Assembly: GCA_040954595.2 (NCBI GenBank) | Contig: CM082581.2 | Span: 5,758,699 to 5,822,698 of the forward strand | DNA: 64,000 bases | Reading direction: 5' to 3' | From: Balanoglossus misakiensis | Lineage: Eukaryota; Animalia; Hemichordata | Shown: piece after piece, positions 11,601-23,700 of the stretch | How the letters are laid out: every line of letters starts with the position of its first letter | Numbering within the stretch: the stretch's first letter is position 1 | The notes under the pieces: model-generated | The model's input: only the letters and a program-made list of their open reading frames with translations | What the model was told of the DNA's origin: nothing | Databases searched by the model: none | Position numbers and translations under genes: made by a program

Positions 11601-14600
11601 CAAGGCCTTCTTCAATACTGGGTGACTACAGCGCACAGAATAGCCAAGGCCGACAATTAGGATTCAGTGGAAATTCGGATAACATGCTCGGGCAAACCTT
11701 TCCAGGCCTGTGCAGTACTTTAATCGAATAACTTTTTTTTTTAATTTAAGGCAGAAAAAATAATAGAAGTATGTTTTTATTTTAAATGCCTTTCTTAAGA
11801 GTCTGCACTGCACACATATGATCATATAGACAATTTATGTTCACGAATGCAAAAAAGACTAGGCTGTCAAAACTATATTTTGAATTTTTTATATAAATTT
11901 AATTTTCGTATATTGAAATGGAAAAATGCAAAGTGTTCAAATAAAGAATATTTAATGAGTTGTTGATTGCTAAAACATGGTGTGGGCCATGTCAGAACTA
12001 ATTCCCTAATTCAACCTCTTCTGTAATGCCACATGTTGCCAACCCGGCGCCCCTCTACAAAAGGAATGATTGATAATGAGTACAAATGCGGCCAATTTTA
12101 TTAGATTCCCTGCCATTTAATTAATTTTTCATCAGCTCCTCTTTAAAAAAAAAATAGGTGTAGAGGCAGGAAAAGCCCCTTGGGAAATCGACATCTTGGG
12201 CTCGGAACCCGATCTCGTTCGCGGCAAAAAAAACGCATGAAAATTTATAACCCACATTGTGTGGGGCAAATCAGCATTAATATGGACACGATGGAGTTCA
12301 CTGGCATAATGCAACATTCATCTGTATTGAAAGAGAGCTGAATCAATTTCACCGAGATAGATGGGCGGGCCCCAGTTCTGGTCCTGGCTGTAAACAACCG
12401 CAGAGTCAGCTGGTGCATTCGTTTTGACACAGACAGGCATGGCTGCGTGTGTGACTGTGGAAACTGCCCTGTAAAAAGTACACCCTGCATTTAAAAGTGG
12501 CTGGCTGGGTCTGACATGACACACTCCCAGGGAATAAAAAGCACGGAGGAGGTCAACATGCATGCACACTGTAGGCTGGCCACTTGGTAATATATTAGCA
12601 TAGTCTAATCAACTTCCAATAGAAAACCATGTCACAGTGCGCCAACCCGACCCCTATTGTATGCAAAAAACATACCGGCCCCCCCTCAATGGTTTTTCCA
12701 CACGCACACACATGCATCAGAGAAATAAATAGTTCATACATATTTATCATACCAGGGTGATTGTTTGTTCTGTGAGCCCACAACTAATAGATGTTGATGT
12801 AATACTCGGACACGTGCAAAATCGCATGTGAATGGCTGTATTTCGGAATAAAAATGAGGTCACATCAGATACGAGCTGACACGGGCCCTTTAATAGCCGC
12901 AGGCAGTCAGTGTCCTATCAAACCTTGCGTGATTCTATGAAAGCTCAGATAACGGCAGAGTTTATAAAAAGAAATGTATCTACATTTGATAACATTGTCA
13001 TGTGCACATAATATATTGTTTCTCACCAGTCACAATCAATACTGACATTTCAGAGAAGCGATCTGGAGAAGTTGGTTGTCGGCAGAATTACAGCTGGCTT
13101 TTTTTTTTTAGAATGTGTCTCCATAGAAACCACGAGAAACAGAAATGATTAGTGCACTGGCGATGGAGACGGCATATACAAATTTACTGATCTGATATTG
13201 GGGGTAAAAAAAAGATGCTTCTTTGTCGATTCATAATTCAATGTCAAACTCTCTGTGTCCTTTTTCGCTCTGTGAAATAGAGCAGTAATAGTAGCAGGCC
13301 AAGGTTGAGGAGGAAGTCACATGGACGAATGATAAAAGTGAAGGTAAAGGGTGTATGCATAGAGCCGGCCAGAGGATCGACTACTGAGCAACAGGGCTAG
13401 ATGTGTTACACAACGCCACTTCACGTCGAAAATACCCATTGTTTACACCAATAACACAACTGTCAATAAGCCGGGGTCAGTTAAAAGAGGGCCCGAAATC
13501 AACATGCATAATTCATGAGGCATTATCCCTTCGCCGGTTGAGGCATGGAGGGAAAACCCATAACAACACAACGGAAAAATGTCTCCCGAACACCAGACCA
13601 AAAACCGACTTACCTATTTTTCTCTAGTTCGTTATGGGTTGATCGACTATAATGTAAAAAAAAAGAAATGTAAAATTTTAATATCGGTCTGTAATAATAT
13701 CCAAATTTGTCAAATTATTTTAACCAGCATTATTATTCTTGAAAAATAAAAATCCAGTCATATAGACCGACCTTCTACTGATCGCCGAAAATATATCGTT
13801 CTACGTAAATTTGGCAATTTTTTTTTTCAAAATATATGAATTGGTTCAGATCTACAATCTCTTTGTCGTTTGCAATATGCAAAAATTATCGGAGTAGATG
13901 ATCATTGATTTCTGGTGTGTCTCACTTTGCGATTGCCGCCGGTTCGCTGCCGCGCAAATTCGGTGCGCCGAGCGAGCAGCTGATATCACCACAGAAACGT
14001 GCAGCTGGTTTATTGTGTTCGGTTGCACGCGATCGACCTTTTTGGGGCCGATTATTTATTGCGCGATGAAGGTTGTTTCTTTCCTCGATGCCGAGGAGAT
14101 CGCAATTCCCGACTGGAAGCACTAATCGCCAAATCCCCATTTGTTTTCCCGGGCGCGCGTTGGCAAGTGAGCGATCAATCCCTTATGAATACAACGGTAA
14201 CACTTGCCGGATTTTGGGCAAACGTCAACAAAAAATGGCGCCTGACGGCCACGTCGACCGACACATAAAATGGAAGTTTTTTGGGGAAAAAGGTTCACAC
14301 AGAATATGATCACATATATGATTATGCTGCAAAGCCGCGCTTGGAAAGATTCGATAAAATGATCTCGGGATTTTTTTCTGTGATGTCTACAGCCCAGCCA
14401 GGTGCCCTGCCCATATAATCAGCTGGTCGGGTTTGTTTACATTCAGGTTTCCGAAACCGACATCATCGGGAAACGTCAAAAAAATCCCCTAAATGTTTCT
14501 CCGGTTACTCACCTACTACTGTGAGGTTTCTTCGATTTTAGTCGTTTTCTCGACGACTCTTCGTTTATAGGCAGTTGTGATGCATATCCATGTTCCGATT

Positions 14601-14798
14601 CTGCACCCACGAAAAAAAATAGTCTGGGTCAGAAGAAAATTGACGCAAATATGGAGCGCTCATGCCCAGCTGTCACGAACCACACAACACGGCATGTCGA
14701 TATCAACATCAAAACACACCACTGTCAAACGTTCACTTACCGCGTTCTCTTCTTTCTAAATATTCTGCTGCCTGCAGCAACTGTGCTATGTTCATCAT
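8662..14798 (-). CDS. MXI1: Max dimerization protein (Mad/Mxi1 family bHLH-ZIP repressor), 192 aa; complement(join(8662..8780,9248..9413,9919..10033,13614..13646,14513..14600,14741..14798))
   Basis: The exons encode the Sin3-interaction domain [19 protein letters not shown], then [11 protein letters not shown], basic region [52 protein letters not shown], zipper [30 protein letters not shown] and tail [21 protein letters not shown]. All introns are GT-AG and phases are consistent (579 nt including the stop). It is likely the single pro-orthologue of vertebrate MXD1/MXI1/MXD3/MXD4. Confidence 0.95.
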
Positions 14799-14984
14799 TT
14801 CAATTTTTTCTTGAAAAAAAATCTCCGGCAAGAAATGGAAGGGGTAAACGCTGAATTCTCGTCGATCGATGCGAAGCTCTCCGAGTTACCTATTGCTGCA
14901 TATACTTGCCGATAAATTTTGCACGTTGAGGTCAGTTCGCAAACATTATTAGCAATTCAAATTAAAATCCCGCATTCGCAACAA

Positions 14985-16135
14985 GCGATTGGCCTAAAAT
15001 GGTCACATGGCTGACATATATCCAATGAGCAATCATCATGCTGTTCTGTGACGTCACCGAACGACGACATGTGGGACACACGTGGATGACGCCACGCCCT
15101 GCCGAAAAGAATCATAACAAGAAAAGTCGCCCCAAATTCAGCTTTATTAAGCGATTTCTGGAAAATCAACTGAAATATCCTCATTCTATATATCCACCGC
15201 CTGCGTTCTATTGCATTTTTGGAAAGGTATGACAAACGTCACATGAAGTACTGGAAAAAAAATATGACCAAAACATTACAGTGCATCTTGGGTATGCATT
15301 TGTGAGAGGGGGGCGTTTAACGTTTGTTATGACAATGTCAAACCCAGCTGATAGGGTAAATAATCGTCCTCTATAAATAGCTCGCACGTATTTGCTGGAG
15401 TTTTCACATGGCGTAAGAAAGAGAATCCCCGCAACACATTCTCGCATCATGACAGCCTTATCATCTTTCACGTTGAACTTGAGTACGACTAATAATAAAG
15501 TAGAGTCATGCATGGAATACAACTAATGCAGATGTATGCACTGTGTACTGTTGTACGTGTTGTCCTGTGCTGTCAATTTCCACGGGGAAATGTAAACAAT
15601 AGGTTTCCACCCAACTCGCACGTCACGATCGGCCTTGGGGCCGCTCTCAAACAGTACGATCATGAAGCGTCGATTTTTTTTCGTTTTAGAATGCAGGCAG
15701 AATGCATCGCCTTCGTCCGATCGTTCTTTCCATGCTTTTTTTCTCGAATGCCCGGTTTGCATTCCACTGTTACGACCAGGTTTATCAGATATTGTAGGGT
15801 TTCTGCGTTCCGTCGACTGTGAACGACGTTTAATTCTTCTTCCGGTTTAACAGGAAATTTAGAACGTGCGCCAACCCACGTGTCATTTTGCCGTACTTTT
15901 ATATGATGCTGACCAGCGGTCAACGAACATTAGTCACTAAGCGGAAACCCGATTTCTCGTTAAATATTCGATTCGAATTCAGCTATGATATGCAATACCT
16001 GGCAACAACAAGGCCACCCATGTCCATTCACACAAATATCAATAATCCTTGGAAAGATTTATCCCTCTTTTATAAATTGCTTTACATAATGATTTTGACA
16101 CTGTGCCAGATAGTATAAACTATGACGCCACGTGT
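14985..16135 (-). promoter_or_regulatory. Putative Mxd promoter with CCAAT boxes, a CRE, E-boxes and a forkhead site
   Basis: CpG-enriched region just upstream of the first coding exon. It contains ATTGG 14988-14992, CCAAT 15022-15026, TGACGTCA 15049-15056, CACGTG at 15079, 15877 and 16129, and TGTAAACAA at 15591. Confidence 0.55.
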
Positions 16136-16884
16136 TCAACTTGTTGACAAGATGGTGGACATGTGGTCGAGTATCACATGATACGTTATTCGATATTCCC
16201 TGACATAGAAAAGCACATTCCTTGAAATCAAATTTCCACTGCATAATGTCGACCCACAAAATGTAGGTTACAATTAGATGTGTCGTGGAAAGGGAAAAAA
16301 TACATGCAACAACACGGTGAGGTTGGACAACATCTCCTGTTTATCAAAGGTGTGCAACGATGATATAAATTAGTCTTCATGTATGCAATCATTTTCTTGG
16401 TTGTTGTTTTTACTTCTGAAATGTAAATGAGAAATGAAACATTATTTAAAAATAATTTTTCAAAACCTGACATACCCAGAGCATGTCAAAGATCCAAAGT
16501 GACAGCAGCTTTACTTTGTATTAATTTAATACACAACAGACACTACCTTCATCCTATTTTTGTCAGTGCTCATCTCATACATACATACATACATACATAC
16601 AAGTACATATTTACATCAGTGAAAGAATGAAACATTTCAGCAATCATTCGTGAATACTAGGGGCAAGGTGTAGTAGGAAAGATTATACAAACAAACTGAC
16701 GATGCACATACTCAACCAACTGGCTTCATGCATGGGTCTACCAAATAAGCTGTTATGCTGTCACTACCAGCATTTGTCCTGATGGTCATTATATCCGAGT
16801 TAGGGTAAACAAAGGCTATAAACATGTCTCTGTGGCGAATTAAAAAATTGCCATGAGATTTAATATGAAGTTAATTTTGAGGCA

Positions 16885-16983
16885 AGATGATGATGATGCT
16901 GGTGGTAATGATTATGATGGTGGTGATGATCATTATGATGGGGGTGTACCTGGTGGTGGTGATGATGATGATGGTGATGGATG
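16885..16983. repeat. Degenerate (GAT/GGT)n low-complexity tract
   Basis: Runs of gatgatgat and ggtggtggt are directly visible. Confidence 0.75.
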
Positions 16984-19900
16984 TTTCAATAAAGCATATT
17001 AACATCCACAGTATTAGTAATGAAATGTTCAAACAGTGTGTGGAGTGACTGTTGCTCACATCTGCTGCATTACAGCCTCGATAACCCCCCCCCCTCCTTA
17101 CACACACATACACACATGCACACACACTTCTGTCTTTGATCACACATACCTGCACCTCCAGTCTTACAGAATTACGTCTCCTTTGGATATTTTCAAGGGG
17201 AGATAGCATTCTTGGCATGTGCACAAGTTAAAGTACCTTTATTAAAAACATTTCAACATTTTGTTTCAGATGTTCCTCTACTCGTGGAAATATTGAGAGT
17301 TTGATCAATTTATCCCTTTCATCCCCGGAATCCCTGTATAGAGGTCAACTTTATAATAGAAAACAATTGATTAGGGACATTAGGAAATCATTATATAACA
17401 ATTTGATTTTGTATACACAAAATTTTCAGATTTTTTTTTCACATTTTTTTCAGAAATTACTGTGAGTTACATTTAAACATTAAAACTTTCAAAATAATCC
17501 AGCAGTTTAGGATGGAATTTCATTGAATAACAGAATGAGTGTCAATCACAAACTAATAACACTCTCATTTATTTATTCATTCATCCATTCATTGTCAAAT
17601 ATGTGAATGGAAATCAACTCTCCAGCCGCAGTTAGCTATTCTATGGAATCCACAGGAAGCCTATTACACTGGTGGTTTCATCAAATTAGCTCAGCAGTGT
17701 ACGAATAACATTGGACCTTTCAAATTTGCATAACAAACATTTGGAATAATAGTATTGGGGAAAGGACATTGAACACTGAATGGATCGTATGATTGATGTG
17801 TGTGACAAAATAAAGGCTCCAGAAAAAAAAATAAAGAAATTTTCTGTCTGCACTTTTGATGGACGCTGGTCACTTCGGAGTTCACAAAACCAGCAAGTGC
17901 TATCCAACATTTTTCAGCAAGAAACCGTGCACGAAAATCTTTCATATTTCCATGTCAATAATGTCATTTTTGACCAAAAGTTACACAAAAACAGAAAAAA
18001 ATTGCACCGCCTTCAACTAAGATAAAAGCCTGTCCATGAAAGATGGCGCACAAACCTAAGTTATCTGATGATTATTTCCAAAACATTTTCCCCAACATTT
18101 TGGGCAGATTTGCATTTTGGGAATCTAGCATCGGAGGAAGTACAATGAGGCAAAAGAAAACACAATTTGTGAAATGCACTCTTCAGTTGAAGCCACATAG
18201 ATTTTAGTCCCTTGTGAATTATTACAAAATTAAAAATATCCATTTTGGGGATTACAGCACGCATTAGGAATTTTCGTGTAAATTGTAATATCAATATTGC
18301 ATCAAAAGCATACTAATCAGACATGATTATCTTATTACTACAAAGTAATTAAAAATGCAATATTACAGTAATAAAACCCACCACACTTCAGTGAATTGAT
18401 ATGTATTCAATACAGTAGAGGGCAATTATGCGAGCCATCTTGTATAAAATTACACATCATCAGTCATTTTTAAAATATTGGAATCTATTCATTCTAAAGA
18501 GAATATTTACACCCTGTCAAAAAACTTTTGAACAGGATCCTTGTCACTTCTAATACAGTACTGATGTATCCGTCGATCATTAGAGACAAAGTAAGATATG
18601 GATGGGAGAAATAAATCCTAAATTGAAATAGTCATTCGTGTACTTTTTCACACTCCCCCCCCCCCCCACTACCTCTTCTATTTTCCTATTTAAAAAATCA
18701 TCAAAACTGCTATTAACTCCCTAGTTTCCCTGTCCTGCCAGTGGGGGTGCTCTTCAATCAGCAACCATGTTCTTGTTTCACTATGATGCACAAAAAGAAT
18801 TGGGCAAAAGTGCCAAGAAAGTCTTCAACTGCCTGTGGCAGCATGTACCAGTATATGCTAAGGCTGTGCTGGAAAAGTACCTACATTTTCTCATTTTCTT
18901 GATGTGTTCAAATCAATAATGGTAACCCAAATATTACAAATGCAAACATATAAATCTGCAGAGAACTCGACCTCCACATACATCTGTATATACATACCAT
19001 AACTACACACATACATGTATACATGACTTGTATATATTATTTATGGAATGGAATACTGTAACATCGTGTGCATGTTGAAACAATCTCTGTGAATTATCTA
19101 TTAATATCAAATATGAAATCAGCTATGTCATGTGGGAGTAATAAATTGACAGTCACATTTTGATGGAACCTGGGAATCAAATTACCATGACAACGTATGC
19201 ATGCAGGTTGTGTATTTGATTCTACACACACTTCAGGTCATCATTTACTATGAAAATCACTTTGCACATGACTCAGTAGCTATGTAGTCAGCACTGATTG
19301 CCCCACTTTCATGTCACGGTGTAAGATATTTTTGAAAATCTGAATTTTACTTGTGAGAGAACCGAGTGATGATTTAATAGTGTGACATTGAAGAGTTGCA
19401 TGTTGGGAAAAAAGAGTTCACCATGTTAATTAACAAAATGTCATCTCCCACTGCACACATTACACTTGACATCTGAAACTATAAATCTTGCAGGTGACTA
19501 GATTTCTCAGGATACACTAATATCCAATCTAGATGAAATGAAGTATAGCCAAATAGCCGGCTCCGACGCTAGGGCCTGCTCAGTGGCTGTGAGAATCAAG
19601 ATTGCCATTTGGGGCACTGCAGAATTTCAGTCTAATTCGTACATAGGGGCATCCATTGATGACATATTTTAACTATCAGTTTGAATGCACAATCAACTAA
19701 ATTAAACGACTTATTTTGAGCCACCTTAATTTTCAGCTGCATATAGCCTACACACAGCCAAAACCAGACAACAAATTTTGACGATAGGGTTATAATCTGG
19801 TGAAACTAACAACTAGAGGCTGTGACATTGAACATCTCGCTAATTACTTGACTTCCGTCTTTCAAACGGCCCTCAAGGGTGACACAGGTATAACAGTTGG

Positions 19901-20716
19901 GTCGGAGACGGCCATGCATTCAAGCTGCACTGTTGGTCGCACACCATGACGACCGGCCATGAGGGCAAAAACACCCACGTGTCTCTTTCCACTGCTGAGA
20001 GACTCTAGGTCACTCGGAGTTGCCCCAAGGGAAAACAGATGTTGTGCTGTTGACGCAAATGTATCCAGTGAATATGTGTCTAACAGCATATGTCGTCCAT
20101 TTTAGCAGCAGGACGGTGAACTCCAAGTTTTATAAATCAAGAAATTGTTTCATTCAGACAAGAACAGTATATACTATCTCTCAGTTTCTCTAGTTCTGTT
20201 GTATTCCATGCATAACCAGCATTGTGACACACCCACGTTCACTATTTACCAGAAAAGGTCGTACGACAGAAAAACAAATCACTGTTATGTATTAAAGGGA
20301 AAACAACATGAACACATTGCCTGGTCATGTGACCAACGGCTGTCCCAAAATTGGTAAAAAGTAAGCGATAAGACCCGATTTTCCTTTATTTCATGAGAAG
20401 ATGACTTGAATTTTGGCCTCCAGTCAGAGCAGGTATTATATGTCATGACCCTTATGAATAATTGTATTGATGACTTTGTTTATGGCAGTGAATTTGTTCA
20501 ATTTTGGAATTAGCCGCTCAAGCATGACATACCGGTACTACAAAACACACGTGGTCTTCGTTTTAATTCTGGCTTTTAACTGTTTTCCTTGTCAATCTTC
20601 AGTCTTGGGCAGGGTGTTGCGGTGTTTTACCATTCATTGCAAGCTACAATGTACATGTGGTAAATTGAAACTTTTAAGTTTGCCACATTGCTGCATAGAT
20701 AAAGCCTTGAAAGAAT

Positions 20717-20755
20717 GGGGGAGGGGAGGGGGAGGGGGAGGGGGAGGGGGAGGGG
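20717..20755 (+). repeat. (GGGGGA)n tract with G-quadruplex potential
   Basis: More than four runs of G4-G5 separated by single A residues. Confidence 0.75.
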
Positions 20756-23700
20756 TTGTGAATCTGAAAAATGTTACATTACAGGTATGAGACTTGACAT
20801 GTAATCGACTGAACAATTGTCATTCTTGTAACCATGAACTTTGGACAGAATGGATAGCAAAGGATTTGGCAACAAAACGTCTGCCTGTGTAGTGTGAGAG
20901 CAGAATCATATTTGACCTTGTGAGGACAAAAGAACGAGAAACACAATCGCAGTAACCTTGCAAGCAAGATTGCAGTAATCAAAATGCAAAAAATTATAAT
21001 TGCAATATTCAAATCATCAGGTGTCTGACACGTTGCGTGATATCTGCGATCTCGCAATTCAATTACACTTCAGGTAATTAAGACACCGACACTTCCCGTC
21101 TGAGAACACACCTATTTCTATCGTCTGGCCACAAGAGCACTTAAAGTCAGAATTTTTTTTTTTGGAAGGGCAGTAGGAAGAGAAGTTGAAATAAAAGTAT
21201 TATCAAAATATTAAAATTACTATTTCAATTTGAAAGATGGATCCATTTTCTCACCCCCCCCCCCCTCAACATAGTCTTATTTAGGAAAATATGTTATATT
21301 TATCACTGATGAATGTTATTGTTAGGCCAAGCACTTAAAAACCATATTTTAATTCAGTGAAATATGTTATATTTTTCATTAATGGTTATGAACATCTAGT
21401 CAAGCCCTTGAAACCATATTTTTTTATTGAAGGATGTAATTGAGTTACATTTTTCAATAACTAATGTTTATGGTAACTAGCAAGCTCTAAAAGTAACCAT
21501 CTATCACATCACTTAATTAGCTAGCACATTTAATAGTTTCTTTTATAACAATATTCAAATTTTGCAACCATCCTCTACGTGTCAATAATTCACCAATTTA
21601 TTCCCAGTGCAATGGCATTTATTTTATCTGCAACCATTTGACAACTTTATACAATACTTCAAAATTTTGCTAGATGTTTTTTCGGTCATGGTCATTTCAA
21701 AGAAACTTAGTAATTGTATTCTTCTGTTCTAAGAAATTAAACGTTATTCACAGATGATAGCGAAGATGATGGTAGAATTGTCAGTAAAATTACCAAAGGC
21801 TTTTAATTTTGCGATATGATTGCTCGGCAAAAAGAGAAAGAAAACGTGCACTGGACGAAAATTAATCAATATATGATTACGCAACGGACAAATATTCCAG
21901 GTGTCCTTGTGGAAATGAAAACCAGTCACGTTTCCAGGTATTTTTAAGTTGACGAGGTCACCGCCTATTCACACCGCTGATGGAGAATTTGGCCGGGGAT
22001 CAAATTTTTTAAGCCTTGCGGGGGGAAAAATCAATAGATACAACAGACGGCCCGACACTTGCACAAATACACACAATCATTCTCAAGGCCAAGTATTGAT
22101 GACTTCATTCAGGGAATATCTGGGAAGTGTCTGTCTCGGGAACAATAGCATTGTCCCGAAAACCGTGTCAACAATGTGGTCTAGACATGCTCAATGTGGA
22201 TCGACTCCTGAGGATTTCCTTTGGGTTCACAATGGAGATTATCGCCACCATCATTGTCGGTGTTGGCGGTATCTGATATTTTTTTTTATCAAAACATTTG
22301 ATTCAAACCCAATCCAGCCATGAGTTCAGTGTTTTACCTGCGGGAGACTTGGTCCAAAAGTAACAATGTTGAAGACAGGCCGAATTTTAAAAAAAAATGT
22401 TATCCTAATTTTGGGGACAGTACCAGTATATTGATGGAATTAACTAAACTCTGCAGCTTTTATTTGCAATCAAGAGAGCAAAAATTAGCAACAGAAATGG
22501 CGCTTTTTAATCCGTACCACCTAGTTTCTTGTTCTATCACCATGGGCTTGTTGACATGCCCTGTATTCAGCCAGTAAATGCTGCCTGCATTTTCAACAAT
22601 AACAATGCTGACGGTACAACTACTAGCTGAATAGAAGATGAAAACAACTAGAAACGGTGGCTGATTCACATGGCAAAAATACATGCAGTGAAGAAAAGAA
22701 GAAGCAAACAATATACAACTGCAGAATGTCACTATGCTGGTACCAATATCCCAAAACAACTTTTCAAATTGGCAACTTTTGTTAAAATTTTAGCAAGTTT
22801 AGTTCACATCATAATTACCACAATATGATAACCGTCAAAATTCTGAGCTCTGAATGGAATAATTTTCTATTGTTTGAACAAACATCTGTTTTCCTTTGTT
22901 GTGGTATAGCTGTCATATTTGAACACACTTAGCAACAATGTTCGCCACAGTTCCATTCAAGTTCTGCTGTTGCAAAACAAAAGCATTTCAAACCCTACTC
23001 CACTGTCCAAGTCTGTCATTAATTATTCGTGATAAATAAACCCATCAGGCGATGGACGCATATGTCAAATTTTTTATTCAAATTCATCAAACTCTCTCAT
23101 CGTCACAATTATTTCGTGGCATGTTTCACTCAGTTCGCTGATGCGCAGTTTCCTGGGAATTTTCCAAAAAACGAAGCAAATCCCTGTCAGTTAGATCATC
23201 GCGCCATGCAAGTAATCCCTGGATTGCTTTATCTTCAGAAAACCACATTATCCGCCCGAGTGGACACAAACACACAATTCTCCCATAGCTAAACCACACA
23301 TCTTTCTTGTCAGCATCTCAACCTCAGTGTTAGGGGAGAACCATTTCATTTCGGGGTGGGGGGGGGGGGTGGAGAATTTAGGTATGTCAGCAAAAAATTG
23401 TTTCAGCCACTATTACATATCCTTCTTTTTTTCAAGGCATTGCAGAAGAATTTGTTTTCTTAGGCACCATCTGCCAATTATTTTTTTAAATCAACCCCCC
23501 CCCCCCTCTCCTGAGAAATCAAATGGTTCTCCCCTCATCTTTCCCATGATGCAAATCTTTAAGGTGGCTATGTCAATGACATGCATCACTATCTTAAAAC
23601 TAACCCCACTGACCAAGAAGATTTCAAATTACACGATTTTGTCTTGTTTTTCAAAAAAAGATCATTAAAACGATAAGCATTGAGCTATTGTATTACAAGA

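Noticed and set aside
16871-17224. 117-aa ORF rich in Ile and Thr
   Set aside because: It derives from (GAT/GGT)n and (CA)n low-complexity sequence.
19862-20089. 75-aa minus-strand ORF as an alternative Mxd exon or micropeptide
   Set aside because: It has no recognisable motif and no in-frame donor before the stop that would connect it to Mxd.
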